Positions 23,417 through 35,719 of a stretch of 64,000 nucleotides of DNA are shown in pieces; the stretch's first letter is position 1; each line of letters starts with the position of its first letter. Source of the DNA: Octopus sinensis (taxonomy: Eukaryota); NCBI RefSeq assembly GCF_006345805.1, contig NC_043009.1:6510001-6574000 (forward strand). Direction: 5' to 3'. The notes under the pieces are model-generated. The model was not told the origin of the DNA. It saw only the letters and a list, made by a program, of their open reading frames with translations, and ran no database searches. A program made the position numbers and the translations under genes.

Positions 23417-25520
23417 GGTTGCTTCTGCGCATGTGCGAGTCAGTGTTGTGTTCGGCACTGAAGCGGTGAAGACGTGCCATTGAAGCCGTCTTCAATTGAA
23501 AACTTTGGAAGCCCCATGTAAGGTAAGATTCTGTTTTCTGGGTCCAGTGGGAGTTTTTGTTGAGAATTGTTTTTTACAGGCAGGAAGTCCTACTGGATTC
23601 AGAATTCTGATTCTGCCGACATGTGGCAAATATATTTTTCTCGCTGAGAAAATTTTTGGGGGCGTATCCGTCTTCGATAAATTGAGTGAATATTTTTCTC
23701 ACGTAATTGTGAGAATTGTATTGTGCTGTGAAGAACTTTTATGAATTGTGAAAACTACTATATAGGGGAGTATTTTGCCTCCGAAGTTTGAACAATTTTT
23801 ACCAATTTTACACCAATTTTTGTGGAAGTTGTGCGTTCCTGGTTCAATTTAGGCCGGGAGTACCAAATGGCCAGAAGGTTTTTGCTGTGTTATTGCTTTC
23901 TTTTTAACTTTATTTGACTTTCTTTTTTTACTTTATTTGACTCTCTCCTTTTTTCACTGTGACTTTCTTCGGATTTCCTTTTCTTCTCGTTTTTTAGTTT
24001 TATTCTGAATACATTAAAAAAAAAAAAAAAAAAAAGAACATGGCAACGAAAGAAAAAACTTTTGGAATGGGAGATCATACCGCCTAAAAAGTGGTTAAAA
24101 GACCGTGAAGATAGGACGGTGGTGTTGAGAACCTACTCCAAGGCACTTGACACCATCGCCCTATTCGAAAAGACGGCAATTGAAAAGGAGTTGGAAGAGT
24201 ATTTGCCAACAATTAAATTCATTTCCAGGGGTGTCAAATATGCAACGGTGTGGTTGCTATTTGACACCCCTGAAGAGGCTTGCAAATTTGCTAGCAAACC
24301 CTTGGAGGGTAAGGAAATCTTATTCCTGCCCACGTACAAAAAAAAGAAATTGATGAAAGCTTGGATCTGCGGACTGACACCCGACATAGAACCCGAATGG
24401 ATAGAGGAGACTATCCGCCGGGGTCTGGGTGACAGCGAAACTAAGCTCCTCAATGTAAAAGTTCTTCCTGCGGCTGCTTGGGTTGGGTCAAAAGCAATTT
24501 TGACCCTGTGGTCCCAATCAGCCAATCTGGTTCTTCCAGATTTTTTGAAAATGGCCGGGTGCAGGTACCCGGTGATGCTTGAGGGTCGCCCCCCTAAGTG
24601 TCATCGGTGCTTGGAGTCCGGCCACATAAAGAAGAACTGTCCCCGGGAACAAAATAGGATCCCGGAACAGTTAAGTAAAACCCCTCTAGAAGAGGGAATG
24701 ATAACGGCCGGGAAAGCAGAGGACTCCTCAAACAGAGGCCGAAAGAGGAAGGTGAGCAACAATGGGTGCTCACCAAAAGATAATAGGGATGAGGAGAGGA
24801 AGGCGAATCTTCCAGCCACGGAGGAGACGCACCCTCCCTCAGTTGAAAAGGGAAAAAAAAGAAAAAGAGGAAGAAAAACGGGACATTACCGGCTGTCAGT
24901 GTAGCACCGGAATTACGTCGGTTGGGGTTGTGCCACCGACAAGAGAAGGAATACCGTTGGCGGGAACTGTGCCGCCAACGAAAGAACTGAACGTATTGGT
25001 CCTCTTCTATAGAGGAGGAGAAATTGAAAAAGTGATGGAAGAGCACTACAAGGGAGCTCCTTTAGCCTTCACACAGGGCCCCGAATGTCCTCCGCAGGTA
25101 GCTGTGGAGGCCGTGGCGTTCGACGTGACGCTTGGGCTAAAGGAGCTCAATGAAGATTATAACTTGGTCCCGGGCGACGCCAACTCGGAACTTGATTACG
25201 TTCTGAGGGAGGCGTGGTTGATGGTGGAGGGCGCGGGCACAAGCTATTTCGAGGACGATATGTAATTATTGAACTGTTATTATTCGTAATGGACTGCTAA
25301 GTCCAAAAATTGAAAAATTGTAAGAGGTTTAATACCTCGTTTTGTGTTTATCTTTAAAAAGAACAATGTTTTAGAGAAGCGAAAGTCGGCGGGCGCTTTT
25401 TGTCTTCTCCCATCCTTATCATCTTTCTTTCATTATCATTCACTTCATTAATGTCCTCGTCCAGCCCGCAAAGCTAACTTAATCTGTGTACTGCCTTTAT
25501 GGCAAATGTTTTGAAATAAA
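23417..25520 (+). mobile_element. ORF1-only (pol-less) Tx1-type non-autonomous retroelement, copy 1, 2104 bp
   Basis: Bounded by a 13-bp direct repeat GTAGCTTGCTAAC. About 620 nt 5' UTR, gag-like ORF, 3' UTR ending in AATAAA with no poly(A). Second copy at 57200-59364. Confidence 0.88.
24040..25265 (+). pseudogene. Tx1-like ORF1 protein (~400 aa consensus) with CCHC knuckle; frameshifts near the start and at ~24850-24910
   Basis: MLEGRPPKCHRCLESGHIKKNCP. Aligns with the LINE ORF1 (e.g. LTPDIEPEWIEETI vs IPFDVDTQWVVSAI; MLEGRPPKC vs VVEGRRPRC). ORF-track pieces 24062-24904 and 24762-25265. Confidence 0.85.
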
Positions 25521-25908
25521 GTAGCTTGCTAACCAACCACATGGTTCCGGGTTCAGTCCCACTGCGTGGCATCTTGGGCAAGTGTCTTCTGCTATAGCTC
25601 CGGGCCGACCAATGCCTTGTGAGTGGATTTGGTAGACGGAAACTGAAAGAAGCCTGTTGTATATATGTATATATATATGTATGTGTGTGTGTGTTTGTGT
25701 GTCTGTGTTTGTCCCCCTAGCATTGCCTGACAACCGATGCTGGTGTGTTTACGTCCCCGTCAATTTGCGGTTCGCCAAAAGAGACCGATAGAATAAGTAC
25801 TGGGCTTACAAAGAATAAGTCCCGGGGTCAATTTGCTCGACTAAAGGCGGTGCTCCAGCATGACCGCAGTCAAATGACTGAAACATGTAAAAGGGTAAAG
25901 AGTAAAGA

Positions 25909-25910
<2 letters not shown>
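25521..25910 (+). mobile_element. Remainder of the split SINE A
   Basis: GTAGCTTGCTAACCAACCACATGGTTCCGGGTTCAGTCCC... through GGCGGTGCTCCAGCATGACCGCAG..GTAAAGAG. Confidence 0.9.
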
Positions 25911-25980
<70 letters not shown>

Positions 25981-26599
25981 TATATATATATATGCTTGTA
26001 CATTGATATCATATAACTCATATGATTTTTTTGTACTTACAAACTCTGTTTTAGCACAGCTTGAGATAATTTCTAATGGAATTGTTACGTGGAGCATTAA
26101 TGTTCCCCTAAATACGTTACGTGCTTTCAAGCCAAGATCTTTAATATTAATTCTACCGATACCGGAAAAAAGGTTTAAACATTTATATGACTAATATAGA
26201 GAACAAAATTACACTTCGAAACTAAAAGTGATTTGCTTGCATCTTTGCAAGATGTATACCGTTTTAATATATTGTCGGAATATTTTAAGAAGTCTACGAA
26301 TATATATATGTATATACATATCATATGGTGCTTCTAAATTTCAGATCTGTACAATATGAATAATACATTCTTGTGTATGATTGATTTGAAATCGATATAT
26401 ATTTTTTCTGTGTCGGAATTTCTCTACATGTGCACGTGTCTCCAGTTGTGGGCGTTTATGTATTTGATATATTACGACACATTCGAAAATATATGTGATA
26501 TTACAGAAAAGACGTATATGCTATTTGCAATATGGAAGTAATTGAATGAAAGATATATGTATATGTATAACTAAGACAACATATTTACAGCTTGAGATA

Positions 26600-27845
26600 T
26601 CTTTACACGAATTCAAATGTACAACATTTTTGGAAAACCTGCACTTGTGAAACATTTCTTATTATATGACTCTGTATTAATGTATGCACAGAGAGTCGTA
26701 GTGCCGTCTACACTACAAAAGCGATTATTAAAGGAATTTCATATGGGTCACCCAGGGACTTCTAGAATGAAATCATTAATGAGAAGTTACGTATATTGGT
26801 CAACAATGGACCGTTGCATTGAAGAATCGGTAAAAGCATTCAGAATGTGACTTAGCAGCAATGTCACTTATCACTAAATTGCAAACAAGGCCACAAACAG
26901 ATGTTCCATGAGCCAGACTGCATATTGATCACGCCCGTCCATTTAAGATCTTATATTATTTTGTGGTGGTGGATATTTTTCAAAGTGACCGGAAGTGCAT
27001 AAATGTAAAAAGCCAACACCTGCGGTTACAATAAGTGTTTGAAACGAATTTTTACACCAGGTATGGTATTCTGAATAACATTGTGTCGAATAATGGAAGT
27101 TAATATACGACAGGTGAGTTCAGAAAATTTTGCAAAATGTTCGTCATCGAACATGTCACCACACTGCCCTATCACCCTTTTAACACAGTTTTCTTAGCAA
27201 TTCCATTTCATATCTTTTTAGCAGATTATTCAGTGGAGCCTCACCTTGCGCACATTTGGAATATAATTTCGGTAATGGACAAGTGGAGCTTTTTGTTGAC
27301 ACTTTGAAGAGGGCGTTGAAAAAGACAAACAATAAAGTGACATTGCACTTCAACAATTTCTAATATTGACACCTAATCCGAATACACTGTCAGGAATGTC
27401 ACCCGCAGAGTTGATGTTTGCTAGAAAGGTCAGATTCGTTTTTGATATGTTGATAGTGAAAATAAAAAAAGGCGAACAAAAATAATTGAAAATTCTTCAA
27501 GTTAGGTGACAGTTGTTTTAAAAACTTATAGATATGGTAAAGAAAGCTAGGAGGATGGTGTAATAATTAAACAAATTGGAATAATGATATTCCTAGTAAA
27601 AGGGCAAAAATGCGGTATAAAAAGACAATAACCAGCTTAAACAAAGACTCACGGACAAAAAAGTTACGAGAAATGATACCAACAACGAAACAATTTGAAA
27701 CTACATGTTCTAGCACCAGAAAAGGGAAAAGAACGGAAACACTGGACTTGAATCCTAACGTAAGAGATACTAAAACTCAGAGCGGAGTTTAATTCTCAAA
27801 ATTGGGAGACAATAGAGGAGTCTGATTCTAAAAATGGGAGATGAT
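26600..27845 (+). mobile_element. Ty3/Gypsy-like LTR retrotransposon integrase remnant with polypurine tract; ~110 bp insertion near 27180-27290
   Basis: RVVVPSTLQKRLLKEFHMGHPGTSRMKSLMRSYVYW (H2C2 zinc-binding domain), SRLHID, PYHP / NGQVELFVDTLKRALKK, SPAELMFARK. PPT-like CTAAAAATGGGAGA|TG at ~27828-27843. Confidence 0.8.
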
Positions 27846-28064
27846 GTGGAAAGATTCCAACCACCGCCAAGGGTTTAAATGTGAACTGACTCATTGTTAT
27901 AAAACAAAAGAACAATCAGCGTTTGGCAGTTCGTGTTGGTAAGCAGTCCACTGTGAGCTTTTAACAGAATGCGGTGAGCCTTGTGCAATAATAATAGTGG
28001 TGCATCTTGTATATACTTTCATTTGCCTGCTTCATTATTTTATATGTAAATCTAAAAACAATGA

Positions 28065-28077
28065 TAACATAATAATA

Positions 28078-28162
<85 letters not shown>

Positions 28163-28187
28163 TAATAATAATAATAATAATAATGAT
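28065..28187. repeat. (AAT)n array 5' of the Dong-like insertion; continues at 28407-28460
   Basis: Direct reading. Confidence 0.95.
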
Positions 28188-28405
28188 AAAAAAAATATTC
28201 AGACAAATACATAACAAAAACACCCGGACTTACAAACACATATAACATACAGAAAATTGCACTACTAGGCACTGCACACATCCTACGCAGAACACTTTCC
28301 ATACAATAACCATCAGGCATCACAACAAATCACAGCACATACCTAAGGCACACAGAGCTGCGCTCGGTAGTGAAGTGAAAGCACGCTATAAAAATAAAAC
28401 TACTG

Positions 28406-28406
<1 letters not shown>
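28188..28406 (+). mobile_element. 5'-truncated R4/Dong-like LINE 3' end inserted in (TAA)n
   Basis: KKYSDKYITKTPGLTNTYNIQKIALLGTAHILRRTLSIQ* (stop 28307-28309) matches the QKxxLLGTAxILR C-terminus of R4/Dong ORFs. TAA repeats on both sides. Confidence 0.8.
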
Positions 28407-28437
<31 letters not shown>

Positions 28438-28476
28438 TAATAATAATAATAATAATATATATATATATATATATAT

Positions 28477-28522
<46 letters not shown>

Positions 28523-29313
28523 CAGTGTCTATGTGTTTCCGAATTCATACATACACCGCATTTAACTTGATAGACTTTTTAATAAGCGTATTAATACAGT
28601 TTTTAATGAAAACACAGCGACCTGAATAAAACAATCACGATAAAAGATTTCTTATACTCATCTCTAAAGACAGTAAATTCTAATATCATTATCATAAATT
28701 GCGTTGTGTTTGCTGTTTGGGATTCACTTCATATCCATAGAGTAAATTAATTAACCAATGACGAGATGAAAAGAATTAACTGCTATTCAGCAATTAATTC
28801 TGATCCTCTGTACTTGGTAACTCGTTCTGGCAATTTGGAAGTTCGGAGTCGTTAAATATTTATCAATCGCGCAATTAAATGGATACATTTCCAAAATACT
28901 TTTCCCCACGAAATTTCAATTCAATATCAAACACAAAACGGTAAGGCAGGGATTATAGATATTAATTTCAGGTCATTCAGTGGATTCATATGCATACATA
29001 TTCACATTATATTATAATTACCTGTACAGTCGCGATCGATTTGCCATAGATTTTAATTGATGTAACAGATATTTAAAAAAAAGCAAAAAGGAAACCTAAA
29101 TTAATTGCTTGGTTTATTCTTTAATTAATTTTAAAGTAGATTTTAAAAGCATGGATACTAACTTGCCAGTGTTGGGAATAAAGTTCGCTTCTCAACCATG
29201 TAATTTCCTCCTCTGTACCTGCGGGCAGCTCAAGTCTGCTACTCTAAATCTGATTAACTAATACCATGTGAATAAATTCACGTAAACTATAGAAAAACCC
29301 GTTTCATAACACA

Positions 29314-29352
<39 letters not shown>

Positions 29353-29389
29353 CACACACACACACACATAAACACACAGTTATACTTAT

Positions 29390-30230
29390 ATATCAAATTG
29401 AGTACAAAATAAGCCACGTTTTGAACCATGAAATTCATCACAATATATTTCAACAATGCGGAAATTTTGTTAATCAAATTAAGTACCATTACAATCAACA
29501 CATACTTACCAACGATTTACAAGTTCCTTTATTCCGGTAACATAATAATCTGGAGTTCTGGAGCTGATGGATTCTTTGAACGCACTTTCAGCATCGGTTT
29601 CATTTTTGAACTCTTTCCTTCACAGGAAATCATTCATGTGCTTGAAAAAGTGGTAGTCGGCAGAGAAATATCTGGGGAATAAGCTGGGTGGGGAAGAAAT
29701 TTGTAGCCAAGTTCTCTCAACTTCTGGAGCGTATTTAGTGAAACGTGTGCATTGACACGAGAATAATTCACCATTTTCTGTTGACAAGTCAGGGACGGAG
29801 GAGTAGCAGTTTTTCGTTCATCTTGGCAACATAATGCCAATGTTTTTCTGCAGTAATAGATTGTCCGAGTTTTAAGAAGTTATAGTGGATGAGTCCAGCA
29901 GTACACCACAAAACATGGTGTATTTTAAGGAAGCATGTGTTGCTGGGTTTTCTGTGTATTCGGCGTGTTTGTCGTCTTGGTCGCTTAAGCTGATTTACAA
30001 GGAATAGAGTGTACCTGTTGGTTTTCAATATCTCCAGGAAACGTGTAGTGTGAGTCCCCTTGTCCTATGTCCTGCTGCACTTGGTATGGATGCGCGAAAA
30101 TTCATTTCTAGCGTATTCTATTTTCGCACCGTGAGGAAGGGTTGAACTGTACTGAACAAACACATCACTTACTGGCTCCTTTCCTGTAGAACTCGGTGTG
30201 AATCACTCCATCTTCCGTTACTTTCAGTAT
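29390..30230 (-). mobile_element. Decayed mariner transposase remnant
   Basis: LQKLRELGYKFLPHPAYSPDIS motif; WCTAGLIHYNFLKLGQSITAEK. Confidence 0.7.
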
Positions 30231-30397
30231 GTATATAAATTTGTATGTATGTATGTATGTATATATATATATAAAATGTAGGATAAAATCTTTATAAGAA
30301 TTCAGCAAGTAGTTAGCGTGAAAAGCCTCATAAGGGAAACATTTATTAATTATTCCCTATATATATATGTATATATACATATATATATATATAAATA

Positions 30398-30456
<59 letters not shown>

Positions 30457-31559
30457 CCCAAAAATTCCACTGGTCAATAGCTATTGTATAATGAGAATCT
30501 CCATGCTATATGTTAATGATTATTGAAGTAATACATATTAGTAATATTGACAGAAAGAAAACACCAAAAGATGGATGGATGAATAATTTACTTGTATGAT
30601 AGAAAGATGTTGATTTTTTTAAAAATAGCAATAGAAATAATTATAAGTTGTAAAGCTTAAAAATAAATGGAAGTTCCGAAACAAACTACATACATGAATT
30701 GGTTCTTGCTCCTAGTTGATATGTAATTCTAAGCATTTGGTTATAAGCTAAGAATGGTATCATTTTTAACTCTATGGGCAGAATTTCTTCGATGTTTCTA
30801 TGAGCTTATAGAACAAAGTTTAACATATTTCTTGAAAGGATACTTACAAATATTAATAAGATTAAGAAGTTTGATCCTATATATAATGTAATTGAAAACT
30901 ATATATCCGTTACTTTTATTACTTCCGTTGATTCATTCAACTGACTGCGATTAGGCTAGTCTACCCACTTGAATAATTTTAGTCAAATGAATCGATCCCT
31001 GAACTTATTTTTCAAGTCTAATACTTATGTCATCGGTTACTTTTGCCAAAGTGCTAAGTTACGGGTCATAAACACACCGACTCAGGAGCAAACACACACA
31101 CACACATACACTCACACCCACACACACACATGCACACGAGCATATATATATATATACATATATAGATAGATAGATATATAGATATAGACATATAGATACA
31201 TACATATATATATGTGTGTGTGTGTATAAGTTGTTTTGATTCTCTTTTCTAGCAATGCTGGTGCTTACGATCACCCTCCGTTAACTAATGATGACTATAC
31301 TACTTGTCTTTCTGTTATAAATTGCGAACAGCTACCCAAATAATAATAATAATAATAATAATAATATAATAATAATAATATAATAATAGTTCATTCTAGT
31401 ATTTCCAATACAATATTTTTCTTTTTTTTTCCGTTTCTGTGTTGAAGACACTCAAACACCCAAATTATTCAATTTGTTGAGTTATTTTTTTCGTTGTGAT
31501 TTGAGAGATATTCGGCTGTTGTTACTTTCAACTGAACAAACACGTTAATACTTGCCAAC

Positions 31560-31858
31560 TGAAGATGAGTTCAAAGGCGCCAGGTACATTAATAAACGAA
31601 TAGGGATCTACGTAATCGCTGTGACAAAGATTATGTGGTACGTATTGGTAGATAAGACCATTGCTGAAGAGCAAAAAATTATTCAAGGATTGACAAAGTT
31701 ATAGGAAGAATTTCCGCTATAGGATTTCCCAACATTTTGGAGACGACATTATAGGCGTAACATTTTAACTGATCAAGATCACTTTTACTGATTTCCTTTC
31801 AAATACAACAATTTTTCTCATGAGCTTTGCGTCTTTTCCTACAAAATCTGACGCACCC

Positions 31859-31860
<2 letters not shown>
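31560..31860 (+). mobile_element. Possible Tc1/mariner 3' remnant
   Basis: Ends ..TCTGACGCACCCTG(C)ATA, resembling a CAGGGTG-type TIR; upstream coding is very decayed. Confidence 0.3.
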
Positions 31861-31933
<73 letters not shown>

Positions 31934-32877
31934 AGATGGATAAATGAATTATCTTGTTACGGATTATTCAAAATTTAATCGATACCTGGGTAGCAAAAAT
32001 CACAACAGAAAAAACACGGTTGAGGTTACGACCATGGGGTGTCACAACCGTGCCTTAGCGCGGATAATTGAAGTTTTATATGTTGAAGTTTTCCATTTCT
32101 TCCCTTCACTAAATATATATATATATATATATACACATACATATGTACTCACATACGAAACGCACATTCATACGTGTGTACATTTGCTTAAATACGTAAG
32201 TATACACGCCCACACCCACCCATACCCACATATATATGTATGTATGTATTTATAGACATACGTTACTTTCCTATATCTTTTCTCAAGATATCTTACTTTA
32301 ATAAACCCACATTCCTCTGAGTGAAATCCTGTCGAAATTACAGGAAATCATGTTTCATTTTTACTACTAATAAATAATGTTGTTTCTGTTTTTTTCCCCC
32401 AAACAAAATTACCATTTGCTTCCGGTAAATTATCATTTACTTCTAACTCAACATTTTGTCAGACACAGAGACGCAGAGACACACCCTCGAAGACAAACAC
32501 ACATACACACCATTATATGGTTATATTATGGGTTATTGAATACATGCAATTTGTTACTTTGAGTGAGAATGTATATCGAATGTCCCCACTAAATTTTAAG
32601 TAAACTTCCTGACATGATACTTGCTTAGTTCAGTGTCAACATATCAATATCCGCTTTAAATACGGCGAATATTTATCAAACTTTACATATGGAAAGCAGA
32701 TAACATGCTTCCCCCAAAATTGTATATAAATATCTTATGACTGAGATGCTCAACATTTACATTTTAATATTAGTATCAATTCATTTTGATGCAGTCGGAT
32801 ATATTTTACGAAAGCAAGATCGTTGCAGACATAAAGTATCTGTATATATTTGTATATATATGGTCATATAAAAAGTA

Positions 32878-32912
<35 letters not shown>

Positions 32913-33015
32913 GTGTGTGTGTGTGTATATATTTATATATATACATATATGTATGTATATATATAGAGAGAGATAGATATAGGTATAGATATATTATATG
33001 TATATATATATACAC

Positions 33016-33051
<36 letters not shown>

Positions 33052-33120
33052 ATATATATATATACATATACTTGTATGTATATGTATATACATATATATG
33101 TATGTGTGTGTATATATATG

Positions 33121-33153
<33 letters not shown>

Positions 33154-33182
33154 CTTTATATATATATATATATATATCTTTA

Positions 33183-33216
<34 letters not shown>

Positions 33217-33217
<1 letters not shown>

Positions 33218-33340
33218 ACGGTTTTCTTTCTTTCCGTCTACCAACTCTACGCACAAGGCTTTGACCGGCTCTAGGTTGTATTAGAAGAGACTTGCCCAAC
33301 TTGCAACGTAGATGGACTAAATCCGTTACCACACAGCAAC
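33217..33340 (-). mobile_element. Decayed SINE A 5' part
   Basis: TTTCCGTCTACCAA..CACAAGGCTTTG..GACTTGCCCAA..ACCACACAGC on the plus strand. Confidence 0.65.
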
Positions 33341-33989
33341 GCGTATTTGTGTGTGTGTCTGTGCGTGTGTGCGCGTGCGTGCGTGCGTGCGTGTGTGTAT
33401 GAGTCTTTATCTTACATATACATCCAAACTCAAGATATTCAAATACAGCTGTATAGCCGCATTATAACCTACGTTTCTTATAGAAAGAATTCCATTTGCT
33501 ATATCTTGAAGCACATTGATTTATAATCTGTGCTAACAAAATGAGCAATTTTACCCAGATACAGATATGTAATTAATTCCTACAAAATCATGGACGTTCC
33601 TGTCCGAGTTCGTTGATAGGCGGAGTTGGGCTTATTGTATTTGCTAGAATTCTTCGATCGTCACCATCAATCTTGTTATATCTTTCTGAGATTATACTTT
33701 TATTTTCTGTTATATCTCAGAAACAATGTCTTCCGTTCCTATCAAACTCAAACCTTCTCCTAATATTAGATGAGAGTTTGGTCTGCACAACTGAAAACCA
33801 ATGAGATATATATAAAGTAGAGTTTAGTGTTGCCCAATCCACTTTTCGTTGGCAGTTTTATTTTATGTATACACTCATTGACTATAAAACAAGGTAGCAT
33901 ATTATCCTAACACAGCAAGAGAATTCGCAGAACAAATCGGTTTAAACATTTAAAAGTTTGAACAAGTTTTAACACTGATGTTACATATT

Positions 33990-35139
33990 TTGGCCATGAT
34001 GAATGAAGATAACCGCATAGGTTTATATGCTCGTGAGAGCTAACAGTGACCTCCATGGGGCAGTGTGCCGAGTGACATCACGGTGGTTACTTCGCAAGTT
34101 GTGAAACTTGTGATTTTGTGATCACGTGTACGCTGCGATCTGAGATTTTGCAATGGACAGGGAGCTGTGGCAAAGCACCAACGTGAAATTTCCTGTTAAA
34201 CTTAGGAAGTCGGCTCCAGAAACATTGTATATGGTTCGGCAGTCTTACGGCGACGAAGCAATGACTCGTTCGTAATGTTTCAAGTGGCCTGGGTGCTTTA
34301 AAAGCGGGAAGACAATGAGCGATCTCTTCCTGGAAGACCTGTCACGAGCTTCACCTCCGGAAATGTAGCAGAAAAAAATTCATCAATCGTCGGAGGATAA
34401 TCGACGACACTGCTGATGTTGTTCGTCTACCGTAAGGGACTGTACAGGAAATCGAAAAGTCTAAAATAAACGTGAAGTGTGTCTCAGCCAAGTCTATCTG
34501 TCGCATGCTGACTACTAAACATAAAGAACATTGCATCGAAGTCTATCATGATCTCAGCTAGCAAGAAGGCACGACAGAGATGCAGCTCAATCAAAAGTAT
34601 GCTCATAGATTTTTCGACATCCGCGTTATTGCGCATCGAGTATTCGTCCCCGAAGGCCAGATCGTCAATCGAGAGTTCTACTGTAACTTTCTGAAGTGTT
34701 CGAGGGAGGGCATTCGGCGAAAGCCACCGGATCTTTAGAGTGCGAAGAAGTAGATTCTTCTCGATGACAACGTACCGTTACCGAGCTATCCTCACTTTTG
34801 ATATTCTCACCCAAACATCATATCGCTTCTACTCCCGCCCTATCTGCCAGATTTGGGTTAGCTCCTGAGGACTTCGATCTCTCCCCCAATATGAAAATGC
34901 GGCTCAAGCGTCACCGTTTTAACACCGTTGTCGTAATCAAGAGCGAACCACAGAAAGTCCTCAAATCGCCTAAGTAAAACGACCATCAATGCCGATTCCA
35001 AAAGTGGCAGGGACGCTGGGACCGGTGTATTGCTGCGCATAATAACTATTTCGAAGGAGATGATGTTAAAACTTAGATAAATAAGTTGTTTTTTTTATTA
35101 AACATAACTAGTTCAGGAATCTTTTGATACCGCCACGTA
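33990..35139 (+). mobile_element. Decayed mariner element (transposase nearly end to end, 3' TIR)
   Basis: MDREL.QSTNVKF..KLRKSAPETL.MVRQSYGDEAM N-terminus. C-terminal FQKWQGRWDRCIAAHNNYFEGD. Terminal ..CTTTTGATACCGCCACG-TA. Confidence 0.8.
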
Positions 35140-35719
35140 TATTAAACATCAACGATAGATATGATACTGTCACCAAGTTCTGCGTAGCGATTCTTGTGAG
35201 AATATACTGCATAGATTGTTTCATATTTGGCTGTTACGTATTCATTGTGGTGGCATGCAGTTGGAGTTTAGGTAACGTAACTATGTTATAATTCTCGAGC
35301 CTAGCCATTATATTTCAAATGCTTTAGGAATATCTCTCTGACAGTAGTATGAAACTTGTTTTGGAAAATAACAATGTGAGAATATAGTGCTTTAACATTC
35401 AGACACCTCGAATAGAACATAACAATTGAGACTTCAAGGTGGAAAAAATAACTCCAGCGATATAACAATAGCAAATAAACATAATATTGCGTAGATGTAA
35501 ACTGAAATGTCAAGTTACAATGATTTGTCTATTGAACTAAAACATTATGGTATTAAACCAAAGCGTTTTTGTTATTCTGTTTGAAACTGGACCAGCAAGA
35601 ACTATGCTTAATATCTCCTTAAGAGCTCCACAAATTTCTTTAAGAATTTCACAATATACGTAGGGTTAGCGTATTATATTTTTGCTTCTGTTATTGGTTC
35701 AGACAATCTTTTGTAAGTT

